64,000 bases of DNA, taken from Camelus ferus (taxonomy: Eukaryota). This document shows positions 25,501 to 39,206 of the stretch, one piece after another. The translations under genes and the position numbers were made by a program. The stretch lies in contig NC_045707.1 in NCBI RefSeq assembly GCF_009834535.1, positions 58,034,001 to 58,098,000 on the forward strand, given 5' to 3'. The notes under the pieces were generated by a model that worked only from the letters and a program-made list of their open reading frames with translations, was not told the DNA's origin and ran no database searches. The first letter of the stretch is position 1; each line of letters begins with the position of its first letter.

Positions 25501-28268
25501 AATAATCTCAGAGAGAAAGTTATTTTCCCCACATTTTTTCTTTATCCAGCTTACATAAAAAACACAGTGAAAAAAGTCACAGTCAGTCAACCTGTGTGTT
25601 TAAAAATCTAGGTTGACAAATTTTACCTTTAATCATGAGTAAAGGATTCTCTTAGAGAATTAGATTTCGGGGAGGGGGATGTTTTAAATTACTTGTGCAG
25701 GGATTTCATGACGTTTCAGTAGCACTCAATAACCTGTTAGCAATCTGTAAGTGAAAAGGCACTGGTTTTGCTAAAAACCTTCCTTTTAGTTTACTCTCTT
25801 TACTTTTAAAAAAATCTGTAATTCATACTTTTTATTAATTCAGGATTTTTTCTAACAATCAATAAAATTAGTTTGGTTCTACATATTTATGATTATACAC
25901 AAAATTATACAGAACTCTACATGAATACAGAATTCATTTTAATGGTTATTGCTAATACTTTGAGGTTAAACACTCACCTTTCAACAGCATTAATGAATAC
26001 CTGCTGGTTGTAAAGCATCATTATGGTTAGGAGGAAGAAGGATTGAGATATTTTTTGACTGATTACCACATGATAGGCACCTTGCATTATCACACATAAA
26101 CCTCTCAACAACGCTAAGATTATTATCATCTCCATATTTAAAATGAGGAGAAACCAATGCTTAAAGAAGTTGTTACGTGCACCTCAGAGAAAACAGGGAG
26201 ATTCCATCGCAAGTTGTCAAATATCAAAGGCCATACATGTTCCTAAATACCATGCTATGTCACCTTTGCCATGTTAACTGCCTTACATAGTCCTTTCAAG
26301 AATTCATGAATTTGTCTAAGTTTATCAAAAGGCATTCTCTAAAATTCATCTAATGAGGCAGTCCCTTAAGGGTAAAAGGTCAATATTCTGCTCAAGATCC
26401 TTGAGTAATCAAGAAAAGTTCTCATTTTTAATATGAATTTACCACTTCCTCTGATATGTGATAACAAAACTTCAGCTATAAAAAAAATCACCACCCTATC
26501 TTTGGTAGGGACGTTACTAATGCTCAACATAGCTGCTAATTCCAACCACAAAAACAACTTCGGTTTGGTATTTCCCCTTGGCAGATGTTGATATCAAGAC
26601 TTTATGTGATAGTTAACAGTATTGAGTTTATCCAAAACTTTAGACCACAAAGACTCTGAGAAGTTTCCTTACTAAATAACAATTTCAAAATACTTCTCAG
26701 TGGAGCTACTTAGAGTATTTCAAAAAATATACTTTTATAATATATCTTCATATGGCTGAATGATTAACCACTCCAAATTGGCAAACCTATAGCTGTGCCC
26801 CTATCTGATGATCAGTCGATTAAGTATTTACTGATATGCCTGGAACTCAGACTTCTGTTATGTAATCCCATTTCTAGGAATTTTTCTTTAAGAAAAGTGA
26901 GTCAAATATGTTCAACTGTGCATTTTTTATGATTTAAAATGTATAGAATATATTAAAAATCACCAAAAGACTGATGAAATAAAATAAAGCACCTAGGATG
27001 ACATCCATATACTGTAGACCTATATTCATTGACATGGGAAAATGTCCATCATATATCACTAAATGAAAAAATAGCTACTAAACTCCATGTACAAAGATAC
27101 CTTTTTTGGTTTGTTTCTTGAAATATAAACCTGTATATGTATTTGTAAGTGTATTCAAAGAAAAAAAATCTGGAAGATATATATACCCAATTGTCAGCAG
27201 AGTTCTAAGTATTAGAATTACAAGTGACATTATTTCCCTCTTTGAATTTTAAAATTTTTTTCCTGATAATTTTGCAATGAGAATAAATTAGCTTTATAAT
27301 CAGAAAACAAAAACCATTCAAAATAAGTCTGATGGGCATTTCAGGGGGGGTTAATTGATAGACCCTGAGAAATCATTTCAAGGCCTAGGTATGCAGCACA
27401 TTTAAGAAGAATCTATTATGTTCGACATAGCCCCAGTTGCAAACTACAGTACCAGCCAATGAAATCAGTCATGAGCATTTGTCAAGCATTCAGAGTGAGC
27501 AACATGATGCTTCACCACACCGGTGAATAGAAAATATTGAGTCTACCTTAAAGGAGCTTAAAGCTAGCCAGAGAACGAAGACATACCCACGTAATCCATT
27601 CTCACTCTTAACTAGTAAGATATATAAAAACTTGCTAACTCATGCTCACAGGCAGAAGGAAGTTGATCTTCTAACTACCTGTTGAAACAGTTTTGCGCCA
27701 GTGCCTCAGATCAGGCTGATACACACCTCCCAATACTTTTTGTATCATTTAAAATTTCCAATTGTAAGGATATTAGTGCCTTAGGATCTGCTGGACTCTA
27801 CTGTGCCAAAGATTAAATTAATGAATTTTTGTTCTTTAACAATGGAAAAAAGCTAACAGATTTTATTTAATATAATTAACTTTTTATTAAAATCACCTGA
27901 AAATGTGGTATTCCTCATATCTAAATTTCCTTAATGTCCAGAGCTTACATTTTAAGGGTCATACTTGTTAATAGTTTACCAAAATATTCACGAAGTATGT
28001 TCCTGCCTTCTTAAATACCTAAGTAAAATTGGATACTTTCTCCATAATTTCTTATAATGAATATCCCCTGTCAGAGATTCGTTCCAGAATACTGAAGAGT
28101 ATCGGACTGTTTGCCCTTTCGTTGATTCGATCCACACTATTACGTTTTCTCAGTTCTTGCATCTGCTTTTTGTTGTTACAGTTTTTAATCTACACAGCCT
28201 TTTGCTCTTCAGGTGCCACCTGTCACTTGCTGCCAAGACTCTGACTTAAGCAGCACCCCTCCGCTAAT

Positions 28269-28775
28269 TTTATTAGTGTATCTTTGTCCGCTGTCATATA
28301 ACAAATTATTTCAAACTAGCAGCCTAAAACAATAATGAACATTTATTATCTCACAGTGTGTATGAGTCAGGAACTTGGGAGCACCATAGCTGATGTCTCT
28401 GGCTCTAGATCTCTCATGAGGCTGCACTGTAGACAATAGGCAGTGAACGCTTCACTTAAGCTGGAGGCCCTCCTTCCAAGATGGCTCCCTCACATGGAAA
28501 ATTTCCCTTATACATGGGCATCTCAGTAGGGCTGCATGAGTGTCCCTACAACACAGCAGTTAGCTTTTCTCAGAGCGCCTGATCCCTGAGAGGGTAGGAC
28601 AGAAACATTAAAGCTTTTACTGACTTAAGTTAGGAAATCACACTCTGTGATTTCCTCAGTACCTTATTGGTTACACAAGTTGCACTTTGCATTGTGAGAG
28701 TGAACATGTTACACAGGAGTGTGAACACCAGGAGGTGAGGATCACTGGGGGCCATTTGGAGGCTGGCTGTCTACG
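28269..28775 (-). mobile_element. MLT1 (ERVL-MaLR) solo LTR
   Basis: catttattatctcacagt...ttccaagatggctccctcacatgg...accaggaggtgaggatcactgggggccatttggaggctggct. Confidence 0.8.
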
Positions 28776-29049
28776 ATACTTAGTTAACCAGTTTGATACT
28801 GTTAACTGAAGTTTAAATTTAAACTTCTGAAAAACAAATGATTAGTATATAAGATGGCTTTTGAGAACTTAACTGTTTTCTTTTAAAGTTTTAATAAGGA
28901 GAGTCACTAAGCTGTATTGAATGTTATATTAACAATATTTACTATCTTAACAGGAAAATTATCATCTGAGTATGAATATGACTCTACAAATATAGTATAT
29001 TTTTTCTTGTGTATAACTTCGACAATCTTAGAACTTAACTGGTTTCTTT

Positions 29050-29215
29050 CTCTTTTTTTTTTTTTTTTTTTTTGTTTTAAAGAGGTATAATTTACCTACA
29101 GTAAATCTTGCCCTTTTTCATGTACAGTTCTATGCTTTTTGACAAATGTATATCATTATGTAGCCACCACCATAATCAAGACATAGAACAACTTCATCAC
29201 TTCTAAATATTAATG
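29050..29215 (-). mobile_element. LINE-1 3' end fragment
   Basis: Poly-T, then gaggtataatttacctacagtaaa...tgtagccaccaccataatcaagacatagaaca. Confidence 0.75.
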
Positions 29216-30017
29216 CTCTCTTGTCCTCTTTTCTTCCCTTACCCAGGCAAAAGGAAACACTTGTCTTCAGAATTAAGTCAATAACATACCAGAAAACTTT
29301 ACAGTAGAGAAAACTATGCTATGCTATCTTTCACCTCTAGAAATGAGTTAAACAGGGTTGAACTGTGATAGAGGTGATGGAGATAAAGAAGGTCAGAGAG
29401 AGTGCCACAGTAGAAACACAAAAATGGCTATAAATGTACAAGACTGATGCTACAGGGACAGATTTGCAAGCTTTCATCTCATGTCTGAACTAATCTATGC
29501 TGTGCCAATATTTCCTATACCCGAGGGATGAGAACACTGCAGTGGCTTTTATGAAAATGAACAGAGGAATGGCCTTATTATCCACTCCAAGGTTTGTTTT
29601 TAACCTATGCTAAAAGAAAAGTAAAAATTAGCTACCTTCCCAGATAGGAAATATCTTGGCTGATAGCCTACTTGACTGTAATTAAGAATAAAGACATTCT
29701 TGTTCATACTTTCAATATATTTGTATCGTACATATATATCTGGCAGTGATAACCCTCACACCTCTCAGCACATCTTTCATGTCTTCTTTTACAATCGTGT
29801 GAATGGAATATATACAAGCTTCTTTATTCTTAGCTACTCAGATAACCACATAATAGGTATTAATAAGGCGTGAAAAAAATCAGTTATAGAATTTAATCTA
29901 TAAAAATTAAAAATAATATATAAAAGATAAAATTTACAAGGATGAATCTGAAACAGAGTTAAAATGAAGTAAATTAAAATAATTTGAGAAATCACATACA
30001 ACTTAGATATAACATGT

Positions 30018-30023
<6 letters not shown>

Positions 30024-30070
<47 letters not shown>
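30024..30070. repeat. (TG)n microsatellite, ~23 units
   Basis: Read directly from the sequence. Confidence 0.97.
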
Positions 30071-30073
<3 letters not shown>

Positions 30074-31129
30074 TATCAGGAGTGAGAGGGTTTATGAGTT
30101 AGAGGTAAAGATACGTACAAGGAATGTAATAATATTGGAGATTTAAGTAAAAGTTACACAGTTTGGGAAAACTAGAAATATCTAGAGCCTAACAGATACA
30201 AGAAGAAAAAATAAGTCACTCTGTTGGTGACTAAATGGGAAGAGAAATTAGGATAATGTGCAGAATACAAAGAAAAATGGAAATCTGATTGAGTTGGAGA
30301 AATTGTCAGGCTATAAGAAATCCAACAAGGCAAAGCAGCTTAGAGAAACTTTACAAATTGTGCCTTCTCTCTCTCAAACTCTCTTTCTACATTATCCTGA
30401 CCTAGCCCCACATTCTTAACAAAACAGACAAATAATAAACCAATGAGCTTAATTTAGCATGCCTCATTTCTCAAGAACCTTTAGTAGTTCCTAGTGATCA
30501 CCAAGTTCTTCTCAAAGCTTTCATTTATGTTATTATGTTCAATTATCTTTCCTAGAGTTTTACTCAGGAAAGGTGTATTATTTATTGATGCATAGCTACT
30601 AGGGATATGTGAAAATACATCTAGTGGCTGTGAGAAACAAGTCTATGCAATTAACATGAGAGAACTTACCTTTTACTAGGCAGTGTGATAGAAGATTTTT
30701 AAGCAAAATTGACCTTGTCATTCATTATCCATTCAGAAACTATCCTAGATACCTTCCATTTTTTTGCATCCCACATACAATCAATCGTTAAACTCTACTG
30801 AGTTTTGTTCCCTCCTCTCCATCTGTATTACCATTGCCCTGGTTGAGGCTGTCTTCAACCGTCACTCCAGTACTGCCAAGTTCTGGCCTCCTCTGATTTA
30901 TCCAGGGGTAGATGGTGTCTCGGGCAAGGTAATGAGTATGTTCTCCCTCCACATCCACAGCCCAGTTTTGCTCTAGAATTTAAATATTTACTTATGGTAC
31001 CCTTTCCTACACCCCGGAATCTAACCTCTATTTTTCTTCCAGAATGATCTTTCTGACCCAAATATCTGATGAAGCTACCTCCTCCACCAGCTAACATCTC
31101 TTCAATGGCTCCCCATCATCTGAAGCATA

Positions 31130-31415
31130 AGTAGCAATTGCCAATGGCCACAGGGGCCAGGCAGGTGGCATAAATGACTCTTGAATAAAGCAGATCAATA
31201 GGGACTATTACAGAGTGATGACAGCAGAACCTGTCAAATATGGAAAAATGTGGCCAGAACTCCCAATTCTTCAGGATAGGCAAGAAGTCCAGATCTGTAT
31301 GTAAAATTTCTCAATGTTTAAATGTTGGCAGCTAAATCTATATTTTTTAAAATACAGGAGGAACCAAACGAACCACTTCGGTAGCCTGTGGGCAATTAAC
31401 CCACCAACTCTGACC
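31130..31415. mobile_element. MER102-like hAT element inside an L2 fragment
   Basis: caggggccaggcaggtggcataaatga...gaagtccagatctgtatgtaaaatttctc...aaatgttggcagcta; L2-like sequence resumes after it. Confidence 0.6.
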
Positions 31416-32526
31416 TGATAGGATAAAATCCAAACTCCTTAGCATGGCATGAATGACTCTTCATGATCTATTTCCTGTCTGCTCTTACAACCCTGTCTGT
31501 TGCCAGCTCTTCCTGACAAAAAACACGTATACTTAATTGTGAATTATCTTCACTTCCGTAGTTTTACTTGCCTTTGTGTTTCCACCTCTGTTTTTCTGAT
31601 GGAGTCTCCTCCTTAACTCACATTGCATCACTCTCAAACACCTCATCCAGTTCCTCTTTGATTAATTACTTCAACGAAGTGTCATTTCTTTGCAGAGGCT
31701 ATCTCTGTCCTACCCCTCTCCTCCTTTGCCACCAAGGACAGATGTCTTTATAGTGGGTTCCCAAAGCATTAAGTAGATCCCGGTCATTGCCTCAAATAAT
31801 GACTCCCAGAGAAGAAGCAAGTATATGTGGGGAGCAGTTAAATCCCGTTTTGCCTTTGTTAGGTTCAGATATTTCACATCAGTAAGCAGTTGTATAAATA
31901 GACCTGGAACTTAGCTGCACTATCTGGCCCTTGAGGTGGGAATATGAGGGGGGAAAAAAACTTTGTACAGGGAAAAGAAAAGAGGGCTACAGATGAAATC
32001 CTGTGAAAGAAAATGTAGGCAGAAAAAAAAAAGGAGTATATGAGAGGAGTCGAAAAAGTAGTTAGAGATTCATTGGTGTATACCTCTATCAAAATTCATC
32101 AAACTGTACACCCGAAATATGTGTAGTTTATTGAAATACAGGAATCATAAAATAAAAGTGTTTAAAAAAAAGTAGTTAGAGATTAGGACGAAAACTAAAA
32201 GTCAGTGGTGTTATGAAAGACGAGGGGAAATTTTCAAGAAGGAGGAATTATCCATCATGGTCAAATACCACAAAATGTCCTTTGAACTTAGCAATAACAT
32301 CAGTGGTCATCCTGATAAGACCAGTTTTTAAAGAATGGTGATTGTGAAACCAAACTAGAACAAATTAAGGAAAGAAAAGACAACAGTAAGTGGGAATCGG
32401 GAATAAAGATTAGTCTATCAGGATTATTATTATTTATTTTTTGTGTGGATTAAAGAAGGAACACTAGAATTGTACACGGGTAAAGGAAGGATTTTTAGGA
32501 AAGAGCTGTTTATTCACTTATTTTTA

Positions 32527-32740
32527 GTATTTCACAACAGGGGAGGTAATGGCATTTTGAGAAATGTAATTCATTATTGTGTGAAGAATTCCTTCACATT
32601 GCAAATTATTTAGCATTCCTGCCACCTCCTTTCTCACTAAATCACGGTAATGCTCCCATCATTTTGATAATCAAAAATACCCCTATCACATTTCCAAATG
32701 CCCCTGAGGCAACAGTATTGGCCCTATCAGAGAATCACAG
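32527..32740. mobile_element. hAT-Charlie MITE (MER20/MER5-related)
   Basis: tttagcattcctg...cactaaat...cacatttccaaatgcccctgagg...gagaatcac. Confidence 0.55.
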
Positions 32741-32759
32741 CACAGTCCCCCCACAAAAG

Positions 32760-33136
32760 TTTCTTTTCCTCTTTCAATTTTTCATTAGGAAAAATCTCAA
32801 GCAGAAAAGTTGAAAGAATAGTATAATAAACATTTAAATACCCATTAGCTAGGTTTAGATTAACATCTTACTACATTTGCTTTATCTACTTATATGAGAA
32901 TTTATATTTATTTTTTATTTTGCTGAACCATTTGAAAAGAAGTTGTCAACATTATAACATTTTATATGTTCATATCCTTAAATTAAGGACCAATTTTATA
33001 ATCATAACATTATTACCATGTCTTAGAACACAAATAAAAAAATTCTTAATATCAATCTGAGGGGAGAGTATAGCTCAAGTGGTAGAGCACATGCTTAGCA
33101 TGCACAAGTCCTAGTTTCAATTCTCAGTACTGCCTC

Positions 33137-33173
<37 letters not shown>

Positions 33174-33630
33174 ACCTAATTACCTCCACCCTCCAAAAAA
33201 ATTTAAATCTTCAAAAAAAATTTTGAAAATCTATCTAAAACCCCATCCCTATTCAAAATTTTCCCAAAAATCAATTATAACATTTTTCCAAATCAGAATC
33301 TAGTCAAAATTTACATATTTAATTTGGTTGTTACATTTTTCAGTTTCTTTTAACCTTAAAATCTTCACTTTTGTATTTTTCACATTGATTTCTACTTTCC
33401 TCAAGAGGCCATGCCAATTGTCCTATAGACTATCTTACATTTGGGTTTTTCTGATTAAATCCTTATGGTATAATTTAGTATGTTATTCTATCCCCTTTAA
33501 TTCTTATAAAATGATACCTGATCTAAAGGGCTTGGTTAGACTCAAGCTATTCATTTTTGGTAAAAACATGTCACAGATAATGGAAGGACATAAATGGAGG
33601 CTATTTTATTATTTATGGTGCTATGTTTGA
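32760..33630 (-). mobile_element. Old LINE-1 (L1MC-like) interrupted by the Vic-1 SINE
   Basis: gaaaagttgaaagaatagtataataaaca...tgctgaaccatttgaaa...aaattaaggac. Confidence 0.65.
33059..33225 (+). mobile_element. tRNA-derived SINE, camelid Vic-1 type
   Basis: GGGGAGAGTATAGCTCAAGTGGTAGAGCACATGCTTAGCATGCAC... with A box and degenerate B box, (TAAA)n, CCTAATTACCTCC segment and A-rich tail. Degenerate TSD AATATCAATCT (33048-33058) / AAAATCTATCT (33226-33236). Confidence 0.88.
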
Positions 33631-33969
33631 TCATGAAATTGAGTTACTGATTGTTGTTGATTTAAGGGAATATATGTTTACATTGTTATAACTTTAGCAC
33701 TAATAGTGGGCTTGGCACATGGCAGGTGCTCCTAGATATTTGTTGAATGAACAACTGAATAAACGAATGATATAAACTGATTTTAAGTGATAGCTAACAA
33801 AAAAAGAGGAAGTTGGGTTCTGATACACAAATTCTAGAATAGCTGGTTATAGATTTAAGTGAGGAAATAAATTATTGAGTATTTATTCTTTATAGTTTTA
33901 GATCTTACGTTTTATAATGAGAATATAATTTTCCAGTCATTATTTTTATGCCAGTGTTTAGAAACTTAT

Positions 33970-34096
33970 GTTTTTTTTAATTGAAGTATAGTTGATTTAC
34001 AATATTGTGTTAGTTTCTGGTGTACAGCCAAGTGATTCAGATATCTATTTATCTATCTATCTATATATTCTTTTTCAGATTCTTTTCCATTATGAG
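33970..34096 (-). mobile_element. Very short LINE-1 3' end
   Basis: ttttttaattgaagtatagttgatttacaatattgtgttagtttctggtgtacagc. Confidence 0.85.
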
Positions 34097-34293
34097 TGAT
34101 TCTAGAGTGATCGAGCAACCCAGACTGGAGCCATACTGTATTCTATCAACTCATCTTAAAAGTGACCCATCATCACTTGTGTTGAATGCTACAGGTCACT
34201 CAGACAACACAGGGACAATGTGAGAGCACTGTGCAAGATGTGATTACCACTAGGAGAAGGTCACCGGGGACCTTCTTTGAGGCTGGTTACCAC
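34097..34293 (-). mobile_element. MLT1 LTR fragment
   Basis: Ends ggggaccttctttgaggctggttaccaca (reverse of an MLT1 start). Confidence 0.6.
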
Positions 34294-34491
34294 AGTTGTC
34301 ATAACAATTACTCTCAGGTGGTGGTGGCACCAACAGTGACATTCTAGCCACATTTTCATATAGTGTGATCTTGACCATGTTTGTTATTATTGCCTGCCTT
34401 ACAATTTGTCCCTGCTTGTTTTGCGGGCCTTCTCACTAATTCTGGAACCACTCAACATCTTGTCCATAAATATTCTTTCTGCTTATGGAAG

Positions 34492-35793
34492 TGTGGTGGG
34501 CAGAATTCTAAAATGCCCTCCAAGATTCTCATGCCCAGTGTAAACACCATGTATAATCCCCTTATCTTGAGTGTTGGGAGAAACTGAATACAATGGATTT
34601 CTCTCTTGTGGTTGTTACATGACAAAAGTGGAATAATTTTGCAGATGTAATTAATGACCCAAATCAGTTGATTCTGAGCTAATCAAAAGCAGGTTATCCT
34701 GCTGGTAAGAATGTGAAATGGTACAGATGCTACAGAGAGCAATATGATAGTTGCTCAAAGAGTTAAAAATAGAATTACTGTATAATCTAGCAATACCATT
34801 TCTGAGTATATGCCAAAAGAACTTAGAGCAGGGGCATGAAAAGATATTTGTACACCCCATGCTTATAGTAGTATTATTCACAATAGCCAAAAGGTGGAAA
34901 CATCCCCTGACTGATGAACAGATAAACAAAATTTGGTATGTAGATATATACAATGGAACATTCTTCAAGCCTTAAAAAGAAGAAAATTAGCTTTATTCAT
35001 GTTGTAGCATGGGTACACATTATATTAACTGAAATAAACTAGTCACAAAAGGACAGATGTTATATAGTTTCTCTCATATGAGACACTTAGAGTAGTAAAA
35101 TTCATAAAGACAAAGAAGAAAAAAAATTTCCAGGGATTGGGTAGGGAGAGGGATGGAGTTATTGTTTAATGGGTTTCAGTTTTACAAGATAAACAAAGCT
35201 CTGTGGATGAATGGTGATGATGGTTGCACAGCAATGTGAATGTACTTAACGGCATAAACTATATACTTAAAATGGTTAAAATGGTAAATTTTAAGTTACA
35301 TATATTTTAACACAATTAAAACTTTTTCATTAAAAATTTTGAAATGTAAAAAAAAAAATTATTTTTAAAAAGGGGACTATCCTGAATGGGCTTCAGTTAA
35401 TAGGGAAAGCTCTTCAAAGAAGGATGGGGCCTTCCTGGAGGGAGGGATTCTCCTGCTGGCCTGGCCCCCAAGTTGTGGGCTGTTTATGGAGGGGGCCACA
35501 TGAAAAGGACCTCAAGGCAGCCGCTAGTTGCTGAGAGCAGACTCCGACTGACAGCCAGGGGACCTCCATTCTACAACTGTAAGGAACTGAATGCTGTCAA
35601 CAACTAGTGAGCCTGGAAGAGGACGCTGAGACTCAGTTGAGGGTATGGCTAGTAACATTTTGATTTTAGCCTTGAAAAACCCTGAGCAGAGGACCCAGCT
35701 AAAATGTGTCAGAAAATATGACTTAAAAATTTGTGTTTTTTTAAGCCACTATACTTGTTGGAATCTGTTGCACAGCAATAGAAAACTAATACA
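34492..35793 (+). mobile_element. MLT1E-like LTR split by an L1 insertion
   Basis: Starts tgtggtgggcagaattctaaaatg and ends cagcaatagaaaactaataca. Confidence 0.85.
34702..35367 (+). mobile_element. LINE-1 (L1MB-like) 3' end nested in the MLT1 LTR
   Basis: L1 3' text; degenerate TSD AAAAGCAGGTTATCCTG (34685-34701) / AAAAGGGGACTATCCTG (35368-35384). Confidence 0.85.
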
Positions 35794-36007
35794 AATAGGC
35801 AACGTCTTGCTTGCAATCCAGAATCCTGACTGGTTCATGTATCTACACTTGGCCAGGGAAACTTGATAGACATTTCCAAGACTCTGTGCTATGAAATAAA
35901 TAATCCCTCCTCCCTTCCAGGAAAACCTATCCATCACTAATAATAAAAGACAGAGCCTGGCCTGACAGGTGAAATTAAAAAAATTTTTTAAAAGTTGTCC
36001 ATTATAC

Positions 36008-36062
36008 TGTGTATGTATATGTATGTATGTGTGTGTGTGTGTATATATATATATATACACAT
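36008..36062. repeat. Compound (TG)/(TA) microsatellite
   Basis: Read directly from the sequence. Confidence 0.9.
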
Positions 36063-37496
36063 TTAACTTAAAAGAAGTTAACTACTTATGTAGTTATTAT
36101 TTTATATCTCGTTTTCCCCCAATTTTTTAATATTAATTTTTAACCACAAGTCTCCACTGTCTTAGGAGGTGTGTTCCAAGCCCTCACTTATTTATCTTTT
36201 ATTTATGATGGTGGGGTACAAATAAATTTTCTCTGTAAATTCCAAGGAACTGTGAGGTCATTTAGTCTAGCTAAACTCTTTGACTGAAGCATAACTGGGG
36301 ACAACCCAGTAGGATATACCTAATGCCCCAATATGCAACCAGAAGGACAAATGAGAAGAGAAAAGGACAAATGAGTAGAGAAAGAAAATAGCAGGACACA
36401 CAGTACTCATCATCCCATTAGCTTCCCTTCTCCAGCTCCAGCTGCCATTCAAACTAGCCTTTCAAATAGAAAGAAAAAGCATTGCCCATTCTTGCCTAAA
36501 CATACGAGGTTTTTGGTGGCTTGTCATTGTACTGACAAATTTTCAGTCTTTGAGCATTTCTTTTAAAGGAGATAAGTCATATTTTAAGCCCTATTAGCTA
36601 AGATCTTAATTCTCAGTTTATGCCAATGATTGATTAAATCTGCTAGTAGCAAGAATGAGTCACAGGATAAATGCTTGGGGAGGAGAGAAAAGTTTCAAAG
36701 AATATTAAGCTTTCTTCACATTTTATCTAGGGGCTATCTAAGCTACTCTGAATAATTCTGTGTGACCCTTTTAAAAATCCTGCAATCATCCCATCATTTT
36801 AATGAATAAATATGTCCCTCCTTGTTTGTATATAAGATCTTCCATGAAATAAGATCTTGTCATTAAGAAATAATAATAAAGTTATTATTTCTCTAGCTTT
36901 ATATCCTGTTACGACTTTCTTGACGTTCTGTGCTCTGATACCATGTAACTGTCCCTCTTTCTACCTTTATACATATAAACTTCCCACTCCCCATGCCCAT
37001 GCCTCTCCCCTTCACACACACATCATGTTTGTGCTTGGCCAACTTCTACTCTTCCTTGAGGAGGAGTTCATGTATCATAACCTTCTCAAAGATTTCCCTG
37101 ATAGGCTATGCCTACTGCCCCTTCCCTCACACCTCACCCCCAAACCAAAGTACATTCTTCTGTGTTTCAACAGTATGCAGTTATATCTGTATCCTTTCCT
37201 TTTGCTTGTATCCCTTCCTTTTATCTATATCTTTTCCCTTACTCTGTAAAGTAATATATTCATACAGTGCTTATAACAGGAATGGGCACTTCATAAATTC
37301 TGTGTAAGTATTAGCTCTATCATTGCTTTAAAGTTAACTATTTTAGTATCAGTTTCCTCTACTAAAGTGTAAGCTCCTTAACCTAAAGGACAGTATCTTA
37401 TTCATTTTCTTTAAACTTAGTTATTGGAGTATAGTTGGTGATCAAGAAATGTTCCTTGAAATTTAAGATGGTAAGAAACTATTATTTATTGAGCCC

Positions 37497-38048
37497 TGTG
37501 TCAGGCAAGATTTCTATAACATTCCCTCAGAGATGTTCCTGCTTTAATCCCTGAAACCTGTAAATAGGATTTGATGTTTTGATTAGGCTCTTTCTTATGG
37601 TCAGTTGATCATAAAACAGGGAAGATTATCTAACTTCAGCCAACTTTTAAAAGCAGATACCTCCTTCAGGTTGGTGGCAGAAGGGGAAGTTAAAGAGAGA
37701 GGAAGAAAAGCAAGAGAAGGATCTGACACACTGTGGCTGACTCTGAAGATGGAACGGGCTGCGTGTAAGAAACAGAAAGAGGCCTCTGAGAGCTGAAAGC
37801 AACTCCCGGTCCACCACCAGCGAGGAATGGAGACCTCAGTCCTGCGACTGCAACTTGAATGAGCTTCCAAGAGCTTCCAGCCAGGAGCCCAGCCTGGCTG
37901 ACACCTTGCTTTTGGTCTCTGGAGCATAGAACCCAGCTAAGCCCATGTGGACTTCTGACCTTACAGGACTGTGAGATAATAAATGGGTGTTATCATAAGG
38001 TGTTACGTATGTGGTAATTTCTTAGGCATCAGTAGAAAATTAACTACA
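37497..38048 (+). mobile_element. MLT1D-like solo LTR
   Basis: ttaatccctgaaacctgtaaat...tgaagatggaacggg...ggacttctgaccttacaggactgtgagataataaatgggtgtt...agtagaaaattaactaca. Confidence 0.85.
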
Positions 38049-38856
38049 TGTCAATTCTATGCAAGGCTCTTTACAGACATAGTGAGAATGAATCTCACTA
38101 AAACCTCTTCATCTTGCCTAATGTTCTATAAATAACTTAATTTCAACTTTGACACCTGGCCAGTAGGGAACTCTAGATCAGTCATTCTTGGTGGTCTTAA
38201 ACCTCCACCAGGGTGTGTGTCAGGTTTCTGAAATCAGACTACCCTGGTGCTACTGGTCACCAGGCATGTTTTCACACCAGTTAATGCTTGAACATCTATC
38301 CTAGCCTGCATGATCTCTTCAGGTGGCTTTCTCATATTCAAGGTCTAGCTTGGGGCAAATTTACCATGAAACTCACAGTATTGTGAAACTTACTTGAATG
38401 GATCCTTTCCAAGGCCCTATACTTAATTGAGTATTTGTAATTTTATATCCCTTTGCTTAAAGAGGAATCCCTAAATTGTATAAACATCAGGCACCACAAA
38501 ACCTAGACATTCCCTCAGCTCAGAAATTTCCTGTGTAACTAATCAAATTAATCCCTTCTTCCCTACGCCACATTCCCCTACCTGCCTGTAACTTCAGACA
38601 TAGTCTTTTGCTTCCTCTCTTGCCCTAATTTTTTCTTCACTACACTTAGTAATATCTGAATTTATTTATTCATTTAAAATGTGTTCATTTTCTGTCCCTC
38701 CCTCTCTACAGAATGTAAGTTTACTGAAGGCAGGCACTTCCTTCGTTTTACTCATTCCTGTATGCCCAGAACCTGGAACAATGATTAAAAATAATAGGTG
38801 TTAATAGTATGCATGGACTGATCAACCTCAGGTCTACCCAACTGCCACATTCCAGC

Positions 38857-39206
38857 TGTCTTAGTTCCCTTGGGCTGCTATAACAGAACACCATAAACTC
38901 AGCAGCTTTATAAAAAACAAACATTAATTTCTTACAGTCCTAGAAGCTGGGAAGTCTTAAGATCAAGGCACAAACAGATTCGGTGTCTACTAAGAGCTCG
39001 CTTCCTGGTTCACAGATGGTAGACTATTTATTCACTGTGTCTTCACATGGTGGAAGGGGCCAGGAGCTCTCTGTGATCTCTTTTATAAGGGCACTAATGT
39101 GACCCAACTACCTCCCCCAAAGACTCTACCTCCTAATATCATCACCTTGGGGATTAGGATTTCAACATATAAATTCTGAGGGGACACAAACATTCAGACC
39201 ATAGTA
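38857..39206 (-). mobile_element. MLT1A-like solo LTR
   Basis: tgtcttagttcccttgggctgctataaca...ctcttttataagggcactaat...ggggacacaaacattcagaccatagta. Confidence 0.88.

Noticed and set aside
15288..30672. Several strong minus-strand donor motifs (~15289, 16621, 16971, 25973, 30664) and a strong plus-strand acceptor at ~24999
   Set aside because: No convincing partner sites giving exon-sized units; such motifs occur by chance, and some lie within repeats.
33061..33135. Apparent tRNA gene
   Set aside because: Degenerate B box, A-rich tail and TSD show it is a SINE head.
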